Assembly (NCBI GenBank): GCA_029932605.1
Contig: JAOZPT010000042.1
Span: 1-22,360, forward strand
Origin: Candidatus Zixiibacteriota bacterium
Lineage (GTDB): Bacteria; Zixibacteria; MSB-5A5; UBA10806; 4484-95
DNA: 22,360 nt
Direction: 5' to 3'
This document shows, piece after piece, positions 9,682-18,305 of this stretch. A program made the position numbers and the translations under genes. How positions within the stretch are numbered: the first letter of the stretch is position 1; every line of letters starts with the position of its first letter. The notes under the pieces are model-generated. The model was given only the letters and a program-made list of their open reading frames with translations, had not been told where the DNA came from and ran no database searches.

Positions 9682-10827
9682 ATGGATTTTGAATTTAACG
9701 AGGACCAAAAACTAATGGCGGATGCAGCTCGTGAGTTCGCCGAAAAAAAGTTAAAGCCTATTGCCGAGAAAATGGATGAAGAGGAAAAAATACCACCGGA
9801 AATATATACCGAGTTGGGTGAACTGGGATATTTCGGGATGCTTGTACCAGAAAAATATGATGGCCTCGATCTTGATACACTTTCATATGTATGTGCTCTG
9901 GAAGAGATATCTAAAGGCTCAGCTGCTGTGACAATATGCCTATCAGTGCATAATTCACTTTGTTGCCGGGCAATACTTGACTTCGGTTCTGAGCATCTAA
10001 AGGAAAAGTACCTCCCCAGTATGGCCTCAGGTGAGCTTTTGGGATGTTATTGCCTTTCAGAGCCGGGAGCCGGCACCGATGCTGGTTCACTTCAATGTAG
10101 TGCAAGTGAGACCGATGATGGCTATGTTTTAAATGGCACAAAATCGTGGATAACCTCGGCCGGCGTTGCCAAGGTATTCATCGTCTTTGCGCTTACCGAC
10201 AAACAAGCTGGTCCAAAGGGGATTTCATGTTTTATCATTGATAAGGATACCCCTGGTTTAGAGCTAGGAACAAAAGAAAAAAAGATGGGCATAAAACCCT
10301 CCGATACGCGCCAGGTATCTTTTGTTGATTGTAAGATTCCCAAAGAAAATCTGGTTGGCGAAAAAAACAAAGGTTTTAAAATTGCACTGGCTCTCCTCGA
10401 TAATGGTCGAATCGGGGTAGCAGCCCAAGCTATTGGAATCGCTCAGGCTGCATTTGAAGAAGCTTTTAAATACGCTCACGAACGCGAGCAGTTCGGTCAG
10501 CTGATATCCAACTTTCAAGTTATTCAGTTCAAGCTTGTTGATATGGCAATGAAGATAGATGCTGCCCGTCTTTTAACGTACCGTGGCGCTTGGCTAAAAG
10601 ATAAGCAGAGAGCCTCTAAAGAGATATCGATGGCCAAACTATTTGCCTCTGAAACAGCAAACTATGTTGCCAACCAAGCCGTTCAGATTCATGGTGGTTA
10701 TGGTTATGTAAAAGAGTATCCAGTGGAACGGTATTTTCGCGATGCACGGGTAACAGAAATCTATGAAGGAACATCTGAAGCTCAGCGCATTGTGATATTT
10801 CGTAACTTGGAAAAATCAGGTACTTAA
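9682..10827 (+). CDS. Acyl-CoA dehydrogenase (short or branched chain, butyryl-CoA DH-like)
   Basis: 381 aa with LSEPGAGTD, LNGTKSWIT, GRIGVAAQAIG, REQFG, QIHGGYGY and catalytic Glu in RDARVTEIYEGTSE. GAGG RBS upstream. Confidence 0.93.
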   Translation: MDFEFNEDQKLMADAAREFAEKKLKPIAEKMDEEEKIPPEIYTELGELGYFGMLVPEKYDGLDLDTLSYVCALEEISKGSAAVTICLSVHNSLCCRAILDFGSEHLKEKYLPSMASGELLGCYCLSEPGAGTDAGSLQCSASETDDGYVLNGTKSWITSAGVAKVFIVFALTDKQAGPKGISCFIIDKDTPGLELGTKEKKMGIKPSDTRQVSFVDCKIPKENLVGEKNKGFKIALALLDNGRIGVAAQAIGIAQAAFEEAFKYAHEREQFGQLISNFQVIQFKLVDMAMKIDAARLLTYRGAWLKDKQRASKEISMAKLFASETANYVANQAVQIHGGYGYVKEYPVERYFRDARVTEIYEGTSEAQRIVIFRNLEKSGT

Positions 10828-10909
10828 AACATTGGAATTGCAATATAAAAATGGTTTACATATTGTATATCATGATGTTGCACTAATTACCTAAACATTA
10901 AATTCAAGT

Positions 10910-12100
10910 ATGGGAAATAATATGTGGACAACACCTGAACATGAAAAATACAGAATGAAAATCCGTGAGTTCGCCGAGCGTGAAATCGCACCAATAACTC
11001 AAAAAACTGATCGCGAACAGTTCTTCCCCGATGAGCTTCTCCCAAAGCTCAATGAGATGGGATTATTGGGGATGCAGGTAGATAAAAAATATGGTGGAAC
11101 CTATACCGATACTTTAACATATATCATTGCTGTCGAGGAGATCTCCCGTGTTTGTGGTTCAACTGGTATTACAATAGCTGCTCACAACTCGCTTGGAACA
11201 TACCCTATTTACAAATTTGGAACCGAAAAACAAAAAAGGAAATATCTACCTGAAATCACCACTGGTGGAAAATTGGCTGCTTTTGGTTTAACTGAGCCCG
11301 AGGCAGGCTCTGATGCTGGTGGCACCAAGACTTTTGCAGCTAAGGTCAAGGATGGTTATAAAGTTAATGGCACCAAATGTTGGATAACATGCGCTGGTAT
11401 ATCTAAGACCGTGGTCTTTACTGCCAAGACCTCAAGGGAAATGGGCACTAAAGGAATATCCTCTTTTATTGTTACCCATGGCACGCCGGGTTTTTCCAGC
11501 GGTAAAAAGGAAAATAAATTGGGACTTCGTGGTTCAGATACTCGGTTTTTACATTTTGACGATGTTTTTATTCCTGAGGAAGACCGCCTTGGTGAAGAGG
11601 GCCAAGGTTTCAAGCAGTTTATGATAACCCTTGATGGAGGTCGAGTATCCATCGGTGCAATGGCCTTAGGGATTGCCCAGGGAGCTTATGATATCGCTAT
11701 AAAGTATGCCACAAAACGCCAGCAGTTCGGTCAACCGATAGGCAAATTCCAGAGCGTAGGTTTCAAGCTTGCCGATATGGCCACCCAGTTACAGGCCTCA
11801 AGGCATCTGGTTTACCATGCTGCTTTGCTCAAAGATAAAGAAAATGTTCGATACAGTAAAGAATCGGCTATGGCCAAGCTTCACGCTTCCGAAACAGGTT
11901 ATTTCTGCACCTATGCCGCTATCGGTATCCTTGGGGCTGAGGGTTACGGTGATAAGTATCCCGTAGAACGGATGTTCCGCGATGCTAAGTTATGTGAAAT
12001 CGGTGAGGGTACATCGGAGATACAACGGCTTGTTATATCAAGAATTATATTAAAAGAGGCTGAGAAATCAACCTCAACTTTTGGTTTTCCAAAAGAGTAA
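10910..12100 (+). CDS. Acyl-CoA dehydrogenase (second paralog)
   Basis: 396 aa with FGLTEPEAGSDAG, NGTKCWIT, KLGLRGSDT, GGRVSIGAMALG, RQQFG and RDAKLCEIGEGTSE. Start may instead be the ATG at 10922. Confidence 0.92.
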   Translation: MGNNMWTTPEHEKYRMKIREFAEREIAPITQKTDREQFFPDELLPKLNEMGLLGMQVDKKYGGTYTDTLTYIIAVEEISRVCGSTGITIAAHNSLGTYPIYKFGTEKQKRKYLPEITTGGKLAAFGLTEPEAGSDAGGTKTFAAKVKDGYKVNGTKCWITCAGISKTVVFTAKTSREMGTKGISSFIVTHGTPGFSSGKKENKLGLRGSDTRFLHFDDVFIPEEDRLGEEGQGFKQFMITLDGGRVSIGAMALGIAQGAYDIAIKYATKRQQFGQPIGKFQSVGFKLADMATQLQASRHLVYHAALLKDKENVRYSKESAMAKLHASETGYFCTYAAIGILGAEGYGDKYPVERMFRDAKLCEIGEGTSEIQRLVISRIILKEAEKSTSTFGFPKE

Positions 12101-12251
12101 AAATTTATATTTTTATTGATAGAATGTTCCCTGGTATGTGATTGTAAATAGCTGTTAAAAATTTGTTGTATAATTAAAAATTTCACTTATGATTTGTATT
12201 TAAACAAAATAGGGTTAGCTGATTTATTTTTTTAGCAGGATTAAGATATAC

Positions 12252-13241
12252 ATGAAAATTCTTTCAAAGAACCATTCCTCTTACCCACGTATCGGAGACA
12301 AACCCGGACAACAAAAACTCAGGCGAGCATATAATCAATATGATAAAAAGAGGATCAGCCTTGAGAAGTTAAATGATATCCTTGATAGCACCGTGTCAGA
12401 AATAATCGACGAGCAACTATCATGCGGTTGTGATTTTATCACTGATGGTATGATTCGCTCCTATGATCCTGTTTCGCATGTGGCTAGTAAAATTAAAGGT
12501 TTTGGTATCGATGGACTTCTGCGTTTTTTCGATACTAACTTCTATTTCAGACAACCCGTCTTGAAATCTTCTCCAAGATATTATAGACCACTGGTGGTTG
12601 ATGAGTTTGAATTTACCAAAGCCAGAGCCGGCGATATGGCAAGTGTAGTTTTGATGGGACCATTCAGCCTTTTGAGGATGTCTATTTTAAGACCCGATGC
12701 AATATCCAATGGGACTTTCCAGGAAGATTTATATATGTTAGCAGAGATATATACTCATGAGCTCGAGGAGCTAAATATCAAAGGAGCTAAGTTAGTTCAG
12801 CTTGAGGAACCTGCTATTCTGCAACATCCTGACGAATTCGATTTATTGAAATCTGTTTACGATATCATGTTAAAGGATAAAACAATCCCTGAAACACTGA
12901 TGGCTTTATATTTTGGCAATGTTGTACCACTTGTTGACAAACTATGGGAATTGCAGGTTGATGGTGTCTGTTTTGATTTCACCTATTCCCCCGGTTTGGA
13001 AAGTAGGCTTAATAGCTTTCCAAAAAATGTCGGACTCGGCATTGTCGATGGTCGAAATACTAAGTTAGAGGATATCGATAAGGTTACGAGATTTGCCGAA
13101 AAGATTACAAGTAAAATTTCCAGTGAGAAAGTGTATATCACATCCTCGTGTGGTCTTGAGTTCTTGCCCCGAAATAAAGCTTGTGACAAACTCAAACTCT
13201 GTGCTGATATCACCAGAGCCTTATCTGGAAGGGAAAAATGA
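12252..13241 (+). CDS. Split cobalamin-independent methionine synthase, N-terminal (folate-binding, non-catalytic) barrel
   Basis: Matches the MetE N-half: SYPRIG, RFFDTNFYFRQP (cf. WFNTNYHY), MGPFSL, VQLEEP, YFG, GIVDGRN and ITSSCGL. Lacks the HxC zinc motif. Confidence 0.8.
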   Translation: MKILSKNHSSYPRIGDKPGQQKLRRAYNQYDKKRISLEKLNDILDSTVSEIIDEQLSCGCDFITDGMIRSYDPVSHVASKIKGFGIDGLLRFFDTNFYFRQPVLKSSPRYYRPLVVDEFEFTKARAGDMASVVLMGPFSLLRMSILRPDAISNGTFQEDLYMLAEIYTHELEELNIKGAKLVQLEEPAILQHPDEFDLLKSVYDIMLKDKTIPETLMALYFGNVVPLVDKLWELQVDGVCFDFTYSPGLESRLNSFPKNVGLGIVDGRNTKLEDIDKVTRFAEKITSKISSEKVYITSSCGLEFLPRNKACDKLKLCADITRALSGREK

Positions 13242-14224
13242 ATGATAAGTTAAAAAAACTCAATATAAACCTTCCTCCTCTGCCAGTAACCAGTGTCGGT
13301 TCATTCCCAAAGCCACACTACCTTGTTAGGGCAAGATCAGATTTTGGTAAAAATAAAATTAACAAAAAGCGGTTGTACGAGCTTGAAAAAAAAGCCACCG
13401 ATGAATGGTTAGATTACCAAGAAAATGCTGGTATCGATATTTTGGTTGATGGTGAAATGTATCGTGGTGATATGGTTTCCTTTTTCGCCGAGGAGATAAC
13501 AGGTTTTAACAAGGGGGGGCTCATCCGTTCTTATGGTAACCGATATTACTATAAACCAATAATAATTGACCGGGTCGGTTGGACCAAACCGATAACTGTG
13601 GATTGGTGGCGCTATTGTCAATCGAAAACGGAAAAGCCGGTAAAAGGTATGCTTACAGGACCATACACCATAATGGACTGGTCATTTAACGAGTATTACC
13701 CTGACCGTAAAACAACCGCTCTTACTCTAGCTGGTTGTATTCGCAAAGAAGTTGAGGCGCTAATAGATGCAGGATGCAAAATCATCCAGATCGATGAACC
13801 AGCACTATCGGTTAGGCCGGATGAACTGAAAATTGTTATCGAGACAATGCATAAAATTACTGAAAGACAGGATGCTTATTTCATTACCCATATTTGCTAT
13901 GGTGATTTTGAGAAAATCTATCCTGAGATGCTTGAAATATCAGTTGATAATTTTGACCTTGAGATGTCCAATTCGAATCTCGATATGTTAGAACTGTTCA
14001 AAAAATACCCGTTTACCAAAGATATCACATTCGGAGTAGTCGATTCCCATAACCATCTGGTCGAAGATGTGAAACTTATAAAAAAACGCATCAAACAGGC
14101 GTTAGAATATATTCCTAAAGAACAGCTATGGGTTGATCCCGATTGTGGCTTGAAAACCCGCACCATTGAGGAGGCCAAGGCTAAGTTAAATAATATCGTG
14201 ACAGCTGTAAAGGAGTTAAGGTAG
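13238..14224 (+). CDS. metE: Split cobalamin-independent methionine synthase, C-terminal catalytic Zn barrel
   Basis: TSVGSFP, DGEMYRGDMV.FF, RSYG, KGMLTGPYTIMDWSF, IQIDEPAL, Zn ligands THICY, LEMS and DPDCGLKTR. ATGA overlap with the upstream half. Confidence 0.88.
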   Translation: MNDKLKKLNINLPPLPVTSVGSFPKPHYLVRARSDFGKNKINKKRLYELEKKATDEWLDYQENAGIDILVDGEMYRGDMVSFFAEEITGFNKGGLIRSYGNRYYYKPIIIDRVGWTKPITVDWWRYCQSKTEKPVKGMLTGPYTIMDWSFNEYYPDRKTTALTLAGCIRKEVEALIDAGCKIIQIDEPALSVRPDELKIVIETMHKITERQDAYFITHICYGDFEKIYPEMLEISVDNFDLEMSNSNLDMLELFKKYPFTKDITFGVVDSHNHLVEDVKLIKKRIKQALEYIPKEQLWVDPDCGLKTRTIEEAKAKLNNIVTAVKELR

Positions 14225-14249
14225 CTTATATCACGGCTACTGATTTGCC

Positions 14250-14278
14250 TTGACTCAAAGAATATTATTCAATAATAT
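14250..14278 (+). promoter_or_regulatory. Sigma70-type promoter for tRNA-Leu
   Basis: TTGACT-17 bp-TAATAT ending 27 bp upstream of the tRNA 5' end. Confidence 0.65.
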
Positions 14279-14305
14279 CAAACCAAACGCTGGAATTATG
14301 GTTGT

Positions 14306-14395
14306 GCCGGAGTGGTGAAATTGGTAGACGCGCCGGACTCAAAATCCGGTGGGGCTTTAAACCCCGTGTCGGTTCGATTCCGACCTCCGGCACCA
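14306..14395 (+). tRNA. tRNA-Leu (anticodon CAA)
   Basis: Acceptor stem GCCGGAG/CTCCGGC, discriminator A, encoded CCA. Leu-type D-loop with GG, anticodon stem CCGGA/TCCGG with loop CT-CAA-AA (anticodon 14340-14342), long variable arm GGGG/CCCC, T-arm GTCGG-TTCGATT-CCGAC. Confidence 0.97.
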
Positions 14396-14444
14396 AACCA
14401 GAATACTAACTCAAGTACAGACAATTAGTTATTTGAAATGTACC

Positions 14445-16109
14445 CTACCAGCAATCCCCATATATCGGAGGCGGGCCGCCCTTAAAATATGCAACTAAGT
14501 AACTAACATCAGAACCGGTAAGTCGGCAGTTGCCATTGGCATCACCTGCTAAAAGCGGTTCAGGAGGAGAACCAAATCCTTTAAAATAAATAATAAGAAA
14601 AGTTACATCATTACCGTTTAACTCACGGTCACCATTGGCATCACCAACAACATAAGTATACAAATCGACATCAAAGACGGTAATACCATTATCCCTTACA
14701 TTTATATCGGAAAACGTAACATCAATAAAGTCCTCTGATAATACCTGTAATGTATATGTCCCGGGTAAAAGTAACCAGCGATATCTACCATACGTGTTGT
14801 TGGAAATACGTGGGTCAAGTATATCAGAATATACTTCAAGTATTCTGATTTCAGCCTGAACAGGTTGACCGGTTTCAGGTGATGAAACTATGCCGGTTAA
14901 TTGCGTTCCATGCGCCCTCTCCAAAAGGTAAAAACAGCCATTAAGATTTTCCCTTATGACATTAAAATACCTGTCAGGAGGAATTATGAAATCTGGGTAT
15001 TTAACGGTTTCAGGCAGATAACAAAATGAGCCCAGGTGTCCATATTGCCAGTTTGAGGCCATTCCCGATCTGCCCTGGGCAAAAGATACGCCATAAGTTT
15101 CATGACCGTTTTCTCTCATTATTGATGATGCCAGTTCCTGGGCAATGTTGTAAAGAGCAGCATGGTCGGGTGCATAATTTCCCATTAACAACCAGGGGCA
15201 GTAAATCACCTCGCCGTAACTGTGGTACGAAAGCGACAGCAATGGCTTAATCCTTTCGAGGAGTGATGTAAGTCCCTGGTTTTCAGCCTCAGAACCGGGA
15301 GATTCCCCCCTGTAATAGTAACTCCAGGGGTTTGGGCTACCACCATATTCCCAATACCAATCATAATTTCGATTTAAATCGACCCCCTCAGTATAACAGG
15401 TCCACCAGTCGTTGCATTCATATTCGTAGAGTGTGTCATTACCGTTGAGGTCGCGGCCATTTTTTCTCCAGAACAAAGAAATGCTATCGATAACCGCTGA
15501 ATGCCCATCGGGATTTACCAACGGCACAATCCAGATTTCGGTACTATCAACAAGGTAGGTTATATTAGAATCAAGTCCGTAGTTTTCGAGAAGTGTATCT
15601 ATCAAAGCCATGCAAATCTCTAATCCCATGACCTCACAAGCATGATGGGTGCCATCAAAATAAACAACCGGCTCATCCTCATCAACCTGAACATTGTCAG
15701 ATATTTTGAATGCATAAATCGTTCTTTGTTCCTGCTGAGAAACACCAATTGATTCAACTCGGGCTATAGTAGGATAATATGAAGCATAAGCGAATAACTC
15801 GAATACGGTCTCCTCATAAGTATGATAAATCGAGTCGATTGCAATCTCCGTGATGACCGGTAATAAAAGCTCCGGTAAGATTTCATATCTCGCCTGGATG
15901 GAATCCAGAAAAACTATATCCTTATCCGAAGCGATAAAATCACCAAAAATACCGATATCCTCAGTTAATGGTCTAAGATTCAAATCATAACAGGCTTGCC
16001 TTATATCGGGAGTATCGAAATATACTCTAATCGCCGTAACTCCATCGCCAAAAACCAATGATGGGATGATGATAGAAATAATAATCAGAAAATAAAGAAC
16101 CGGTTTCAT
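14445..16109 (-). CDS. Secreted M14 zinc carboxypeptidase (carboxypeptidase T-like) with a carboxypeptidase-regulatory-like beta domain and a C-terminal dockerin-like module
   Basis: Signal peptide MKPVLYFLIIISIIIPSLVFG. Zn ligands HACE and YHSY, VPLVNPDG, WRKN, GVDLNRNY, catalytic Glu near YLPET. GRYRWLLLPGTYTL beta domain. Dockerin-like repeat at about 14448-14654. GGAGG RBS. Confidence 0.9.
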   Translation of the reverse strand: MKPVLYFLIIISIIIPSLVFGDGVTAIRVYFDTPDIRQACYDLNLRPLTEDIGIFGDFIASDKDIVFLDSIQARYEILPELLLPVITEIAIDSIYHTYEETVFELFAYASYYPTIARVESIGVSQQEQRTIYAFKISDNVQVDEDEPVVYFDGTHHACEVMGLEICMALIDTLLENYGLDSNITYLVDSTEIWIVPLVNPDGHSAVIDSISLFWRKNGRDLNGNDTLYEYECNDWWTCYTEGVDLNRNYDWYWEYGGSPNPWSYYYRGESPGSEAENQGLTSLLERIKPLLSLSYHSYGEVIYCPWLLMGNYAPDHAALYNIAQELASSIMRENGHETYGVSFAQGRSGMASNWQYGHLGSFCYLPETVKYPDFIIPPDRYFNVIRENLNGCFYLLERAHGTQLTGIVSSPETGQPVQAEIRILEVYSDILDPRISNNTYGRYRWLLLPGTYTLQVLSEDFIDVTFSDINVRDNGITVFDVDLYTYVVGDANGDRELNGNDVTFLIIYFKGFGSPPEPLLAGDANGNCRLTGSDVSYLVAYFKGGPPPIYGDCW

Positions 16110-16130
16110 ATTACCTCCGAAGCTTTTTAA

Positions 16131-16158
16131 AATATAGCTATAATTATTTAATCGTCAA
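16131..16158 (-). promoter_or_regulatory. Putative sigma70-type promoter for the carboxypeptidase gene
   Basis: Minus strand TTGACG-16 bp-TATATT, ending about 21 bp upstream of the ATG. Confidence 0.5.
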
Positions 16159-16276
16159 TAAAAAAAAGAGGATTACAGGATCAATGCTTTATCAGGTTTT
16201 ATTGTTTGTAATGATAACAAAACGAAATCCTGAGGATAATCAATTTTTCCAACATAAATAATAATGTATTAGAACA

Positions 16277-17026
16277 TCAGCTAAGTGAATAACCACCATC
16301 GACCACTATAATCTGCCCGGTTATCCAGGAGGCTTTCTCTGTGCATAAAAAGACAACGACATCAGCAATTTCATCAGTTGTCCCTATTCTGCCGAATGGT
16401 GTACGACGAATGACTTCATCAACCATCATCTGATAATTGGGGAAACCTTTCAGGGCATCGGTATCAATAAAACCACCGGTAACAGTGTTTACATTAATTC
16501 GTCTGGGAGCCAGTTCGTAAGCGAAATACCTTGTCAATGTTTCAATGACCGCTTTTGACGCTCCTATGGATGCATATCCATCTATATGCCGACTCGAACC
16601 CAGTGATGACAAAGCTACAACCTTAGAACCGTCAGGCATTAGAGCTTTCCCAAGCTGAACACAGTGTAAAAAAGCCCTTGCATTAGTATCCATTGATAGT
16701 TTCCAGGCTTTATCATCAATATTTATTGCCGATGTGAATACACCAAGGGCAGCATTGGAGACCAGTATGTCAAGTTTACCATACTTTTCTCTTATCTCAT
16801 CGAAGATCTTTGGTACCTTCTCATAATTTCCAACATTAACCCTTACGGCATGAGCGTTTGAACCTATAGTTTCAAGCTCTTTCAAAGTAGCTTCAGCGGC
16901 GTTACGGCTTTTAAAATAATTTACTACAACATCTGCACCCATCTTGGCAAGGTTAAGGGCTATAGCTTTACCAATTCCCCGTGTTCCACCTGTAACAAGA
17001 GCAACTTTCCCACTTAGTTCTTTCAT
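16277..17026 (-). CDS. fabL: Enoyl-[acyl-carrier-protein] reductase, FabL-type SDR
   Basis: SDR with TGGTRGIG, LVSNAA.G, SSLGS and Y-x6-K (YASIGASK), the enoyl-reductase spacing rather than YxxxK. Start at ATG 17026 (MKELSGK) is supported by a GAGGAGG RBS and a promoter. Confidence 0.78.
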   Translation of the reverse strand: MKELSGKVALVTGGTRGIGKAIALNLAKMGADVVVNYFKSRNAAEATLKELETIGSNAHAVRVNVGNYEKVPKIFDEIREKYGKLDILVSNAALGVFTSAINIDDKAWKLSMDTNARAFLHCVQLGKALMPDGSKVVALSSLGSSRHIDGYASIGASKAVIETLTRYFAYELAPRRINVNTVTGGFIDTDALKGFPNYQMMVDEVIRRTPFGRIGTTDEIADVVVFLCTEKASWITGQIIVVDGGYSLS

Positions 17027-17048
17027 GTTAACCTCCTCAAAATTAACC

Positions 17049-17077
17049 ATATTATGTTTATGAAATATTGATGTCAA
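17049..17077 (-). promoter_or_regulatory. Sigma70-type promoter for fabL
   Basis: Minus strand TTGACA-17 bp-TAATAT immediately upstream of the RBS. Confidence 0.7.
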
Positions 17078-17251
17078 TGACAAAACAATGAAATGTTTTA
17101 GGTTTACTCATTTTACCGGAAGGATTTCAAATAAATACTATTGATTTCTAAAAAATTAAAATTACATTAAATAAGTTTAAATAATATCGTTATAATAGAG
17201 GTATCGTTATGAGGAAATCAACATTCTACTCTGTCAAAGGAAGGTGATAAG

Positions 17252-17971
17252 ATGTTGGTATTTATAAAAATTGCATATATTAAATTTGAGGAAAACATTG
17301 CTAATTTATTGAAAATAGCTGTAATATTATCGATCTTTATTCTATGTAATGCTAATCTCTCTGCCCAGGTCCCAGATACATTGTGGACAAGAACTTACGG
17401 AGGAAGCGACTATGATTATGCCGAACACATAGAGCAAACAACCGATGGCGGGTATATCATGGCTGGTTATTCCTCCTCCTTTGGCACAGGTGGGTGGAAT
17501 GTTTATCTTATTAAAACTGATATAAACGGAGATACTCTCTGGACACGGTTTTATAGCGCTGATGGTCCGGATATGGCTTATTGTGTTAAACAGACCGATG
17601 ATGGCGGATATATTGTTGCCTGTGAAGGATTCACAAACTTGATAAAACTAAGTGAATCTGGCGATTCTTTATGGACTCGTGATTACGGAATTATTGCCAG
17701 ATATGTGGAACAAACAAACGATGGTGGTGATATCAACGGCGATGAAAACATAATGGGTAACGATGTCACTTATGGTGTTCGTTACTTTAAGGGGATTGGT
17801 AATCCTCCCCCTGACAGTTGCGTACTACCAGATAGCGATTGGTTGTATTCGAGTGGAGATGCAAATGGTAACTGTTCGTTCACAGGTTCAGACATTACAT
17901 TCATTGTGGCATATTTCAAGGGTTACAACCCGGAAATTCTCTGGTGTCCGCAGACGCCTCCACCATACTAA
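17252..17971 (+). CDS. Secreted beta-propeller-type repeat protein (D(T/S)LWTRxY...QTxDGGYI repeats) with a C-terminal dockerin-like module; apparently internally deleted, possible pseudogene
   Basis: Signal-like segment ending ANLSA|Q. Two complete repeats and a third cut at QTNDGG, followed directly by DINGD...YFKG...GDANGNC...YFKG...LWCP. Confidence 0.75.
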   Translation: MLVFIKIAYIKFEENIANLLKIAVILSIFILCNANLSAQVPDTLWTRTYGGSDYDYAEHIEQTTDGGYIMAGYSSSFGTGGWNVYLIKTDINGDTLWTRFYSADGPDMAYCVKQTDDGGYIVACEGFTNLIKLSESGDSLWTRDYGIIARYVEQTNDGGDINGDENIMGNDVTYGVRYFKGIGNPPPDSCVLPDSDWLYSSGDANGNCSFTGSDITFIVAYFKGYNPEILWCPQTPPPY

Positions 17972-18153
17972 GATGGCTGGAACACAGGTTTTGAAATCGC
18001 TGTTTTTGACCTTTGATTAAATCACAAATAAAAAAGCCATATGTTGAATATATCGGCTCAATTTAATGAGAGGAGCTGAACGATATCTATATTGTTGGTG
18101 GTTATAATAGTCTACTTTTAAAGTCAAAATATTGAATTTATAGAGGGATTATA

Positions 18154-18268
18154 GCAACCGTCTTAGCGAACAAGGCGGAACAAAACTAAAAGGTTACATG
18201 GACCGCTTCGTCATTTGTCACGGCGTTTTCCTCGCGATGACAAAAGAATTATATCTTAAGACGGCTTC
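18154..18268. repeat. Possible MITE or REP-like non-autonomous element remnant
   Basis: Imperfect terminal inverted repeats GCAACCGTCTTA (18154-18165) and TAAGACGGCTTC (18257-18268), matching 10/12. Internal GC-richer tract GACCGCTTCGTC...CCTCGCGATGAC (18201-18241). No target-site duplication seen. Confidence 0.35.
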
Positions 18269-18305
18269 AGATGATTACCCTTAATGAAAATGCCAAACAT
18301 TTGTA

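Noticed and set aside
12101..12251. SAM or cobalamin riboswitch upstream of split MetE
   Set aside because: Very AT-rich with no conserved riboswitch core sequences or stable stems.
13230..13245. MetE split as a sequencing frameshift or pseudogene
   Set aside because: Clean ATGA coupling with a purine-rich upstream tract. The two halves total about 657 aa and lack the long inter-barrel linker of fused MetE. Disfavoured, though not excluded without reads.
18050..18086. Structured RNA or terminator (ATATCG...CTCA/TGAG...CGATAT) in the convergent spacer
   Set aside because: Short, bulged, AT-rich stems with no U-tract and no match to an RNA family I recognise; plausible by chance.
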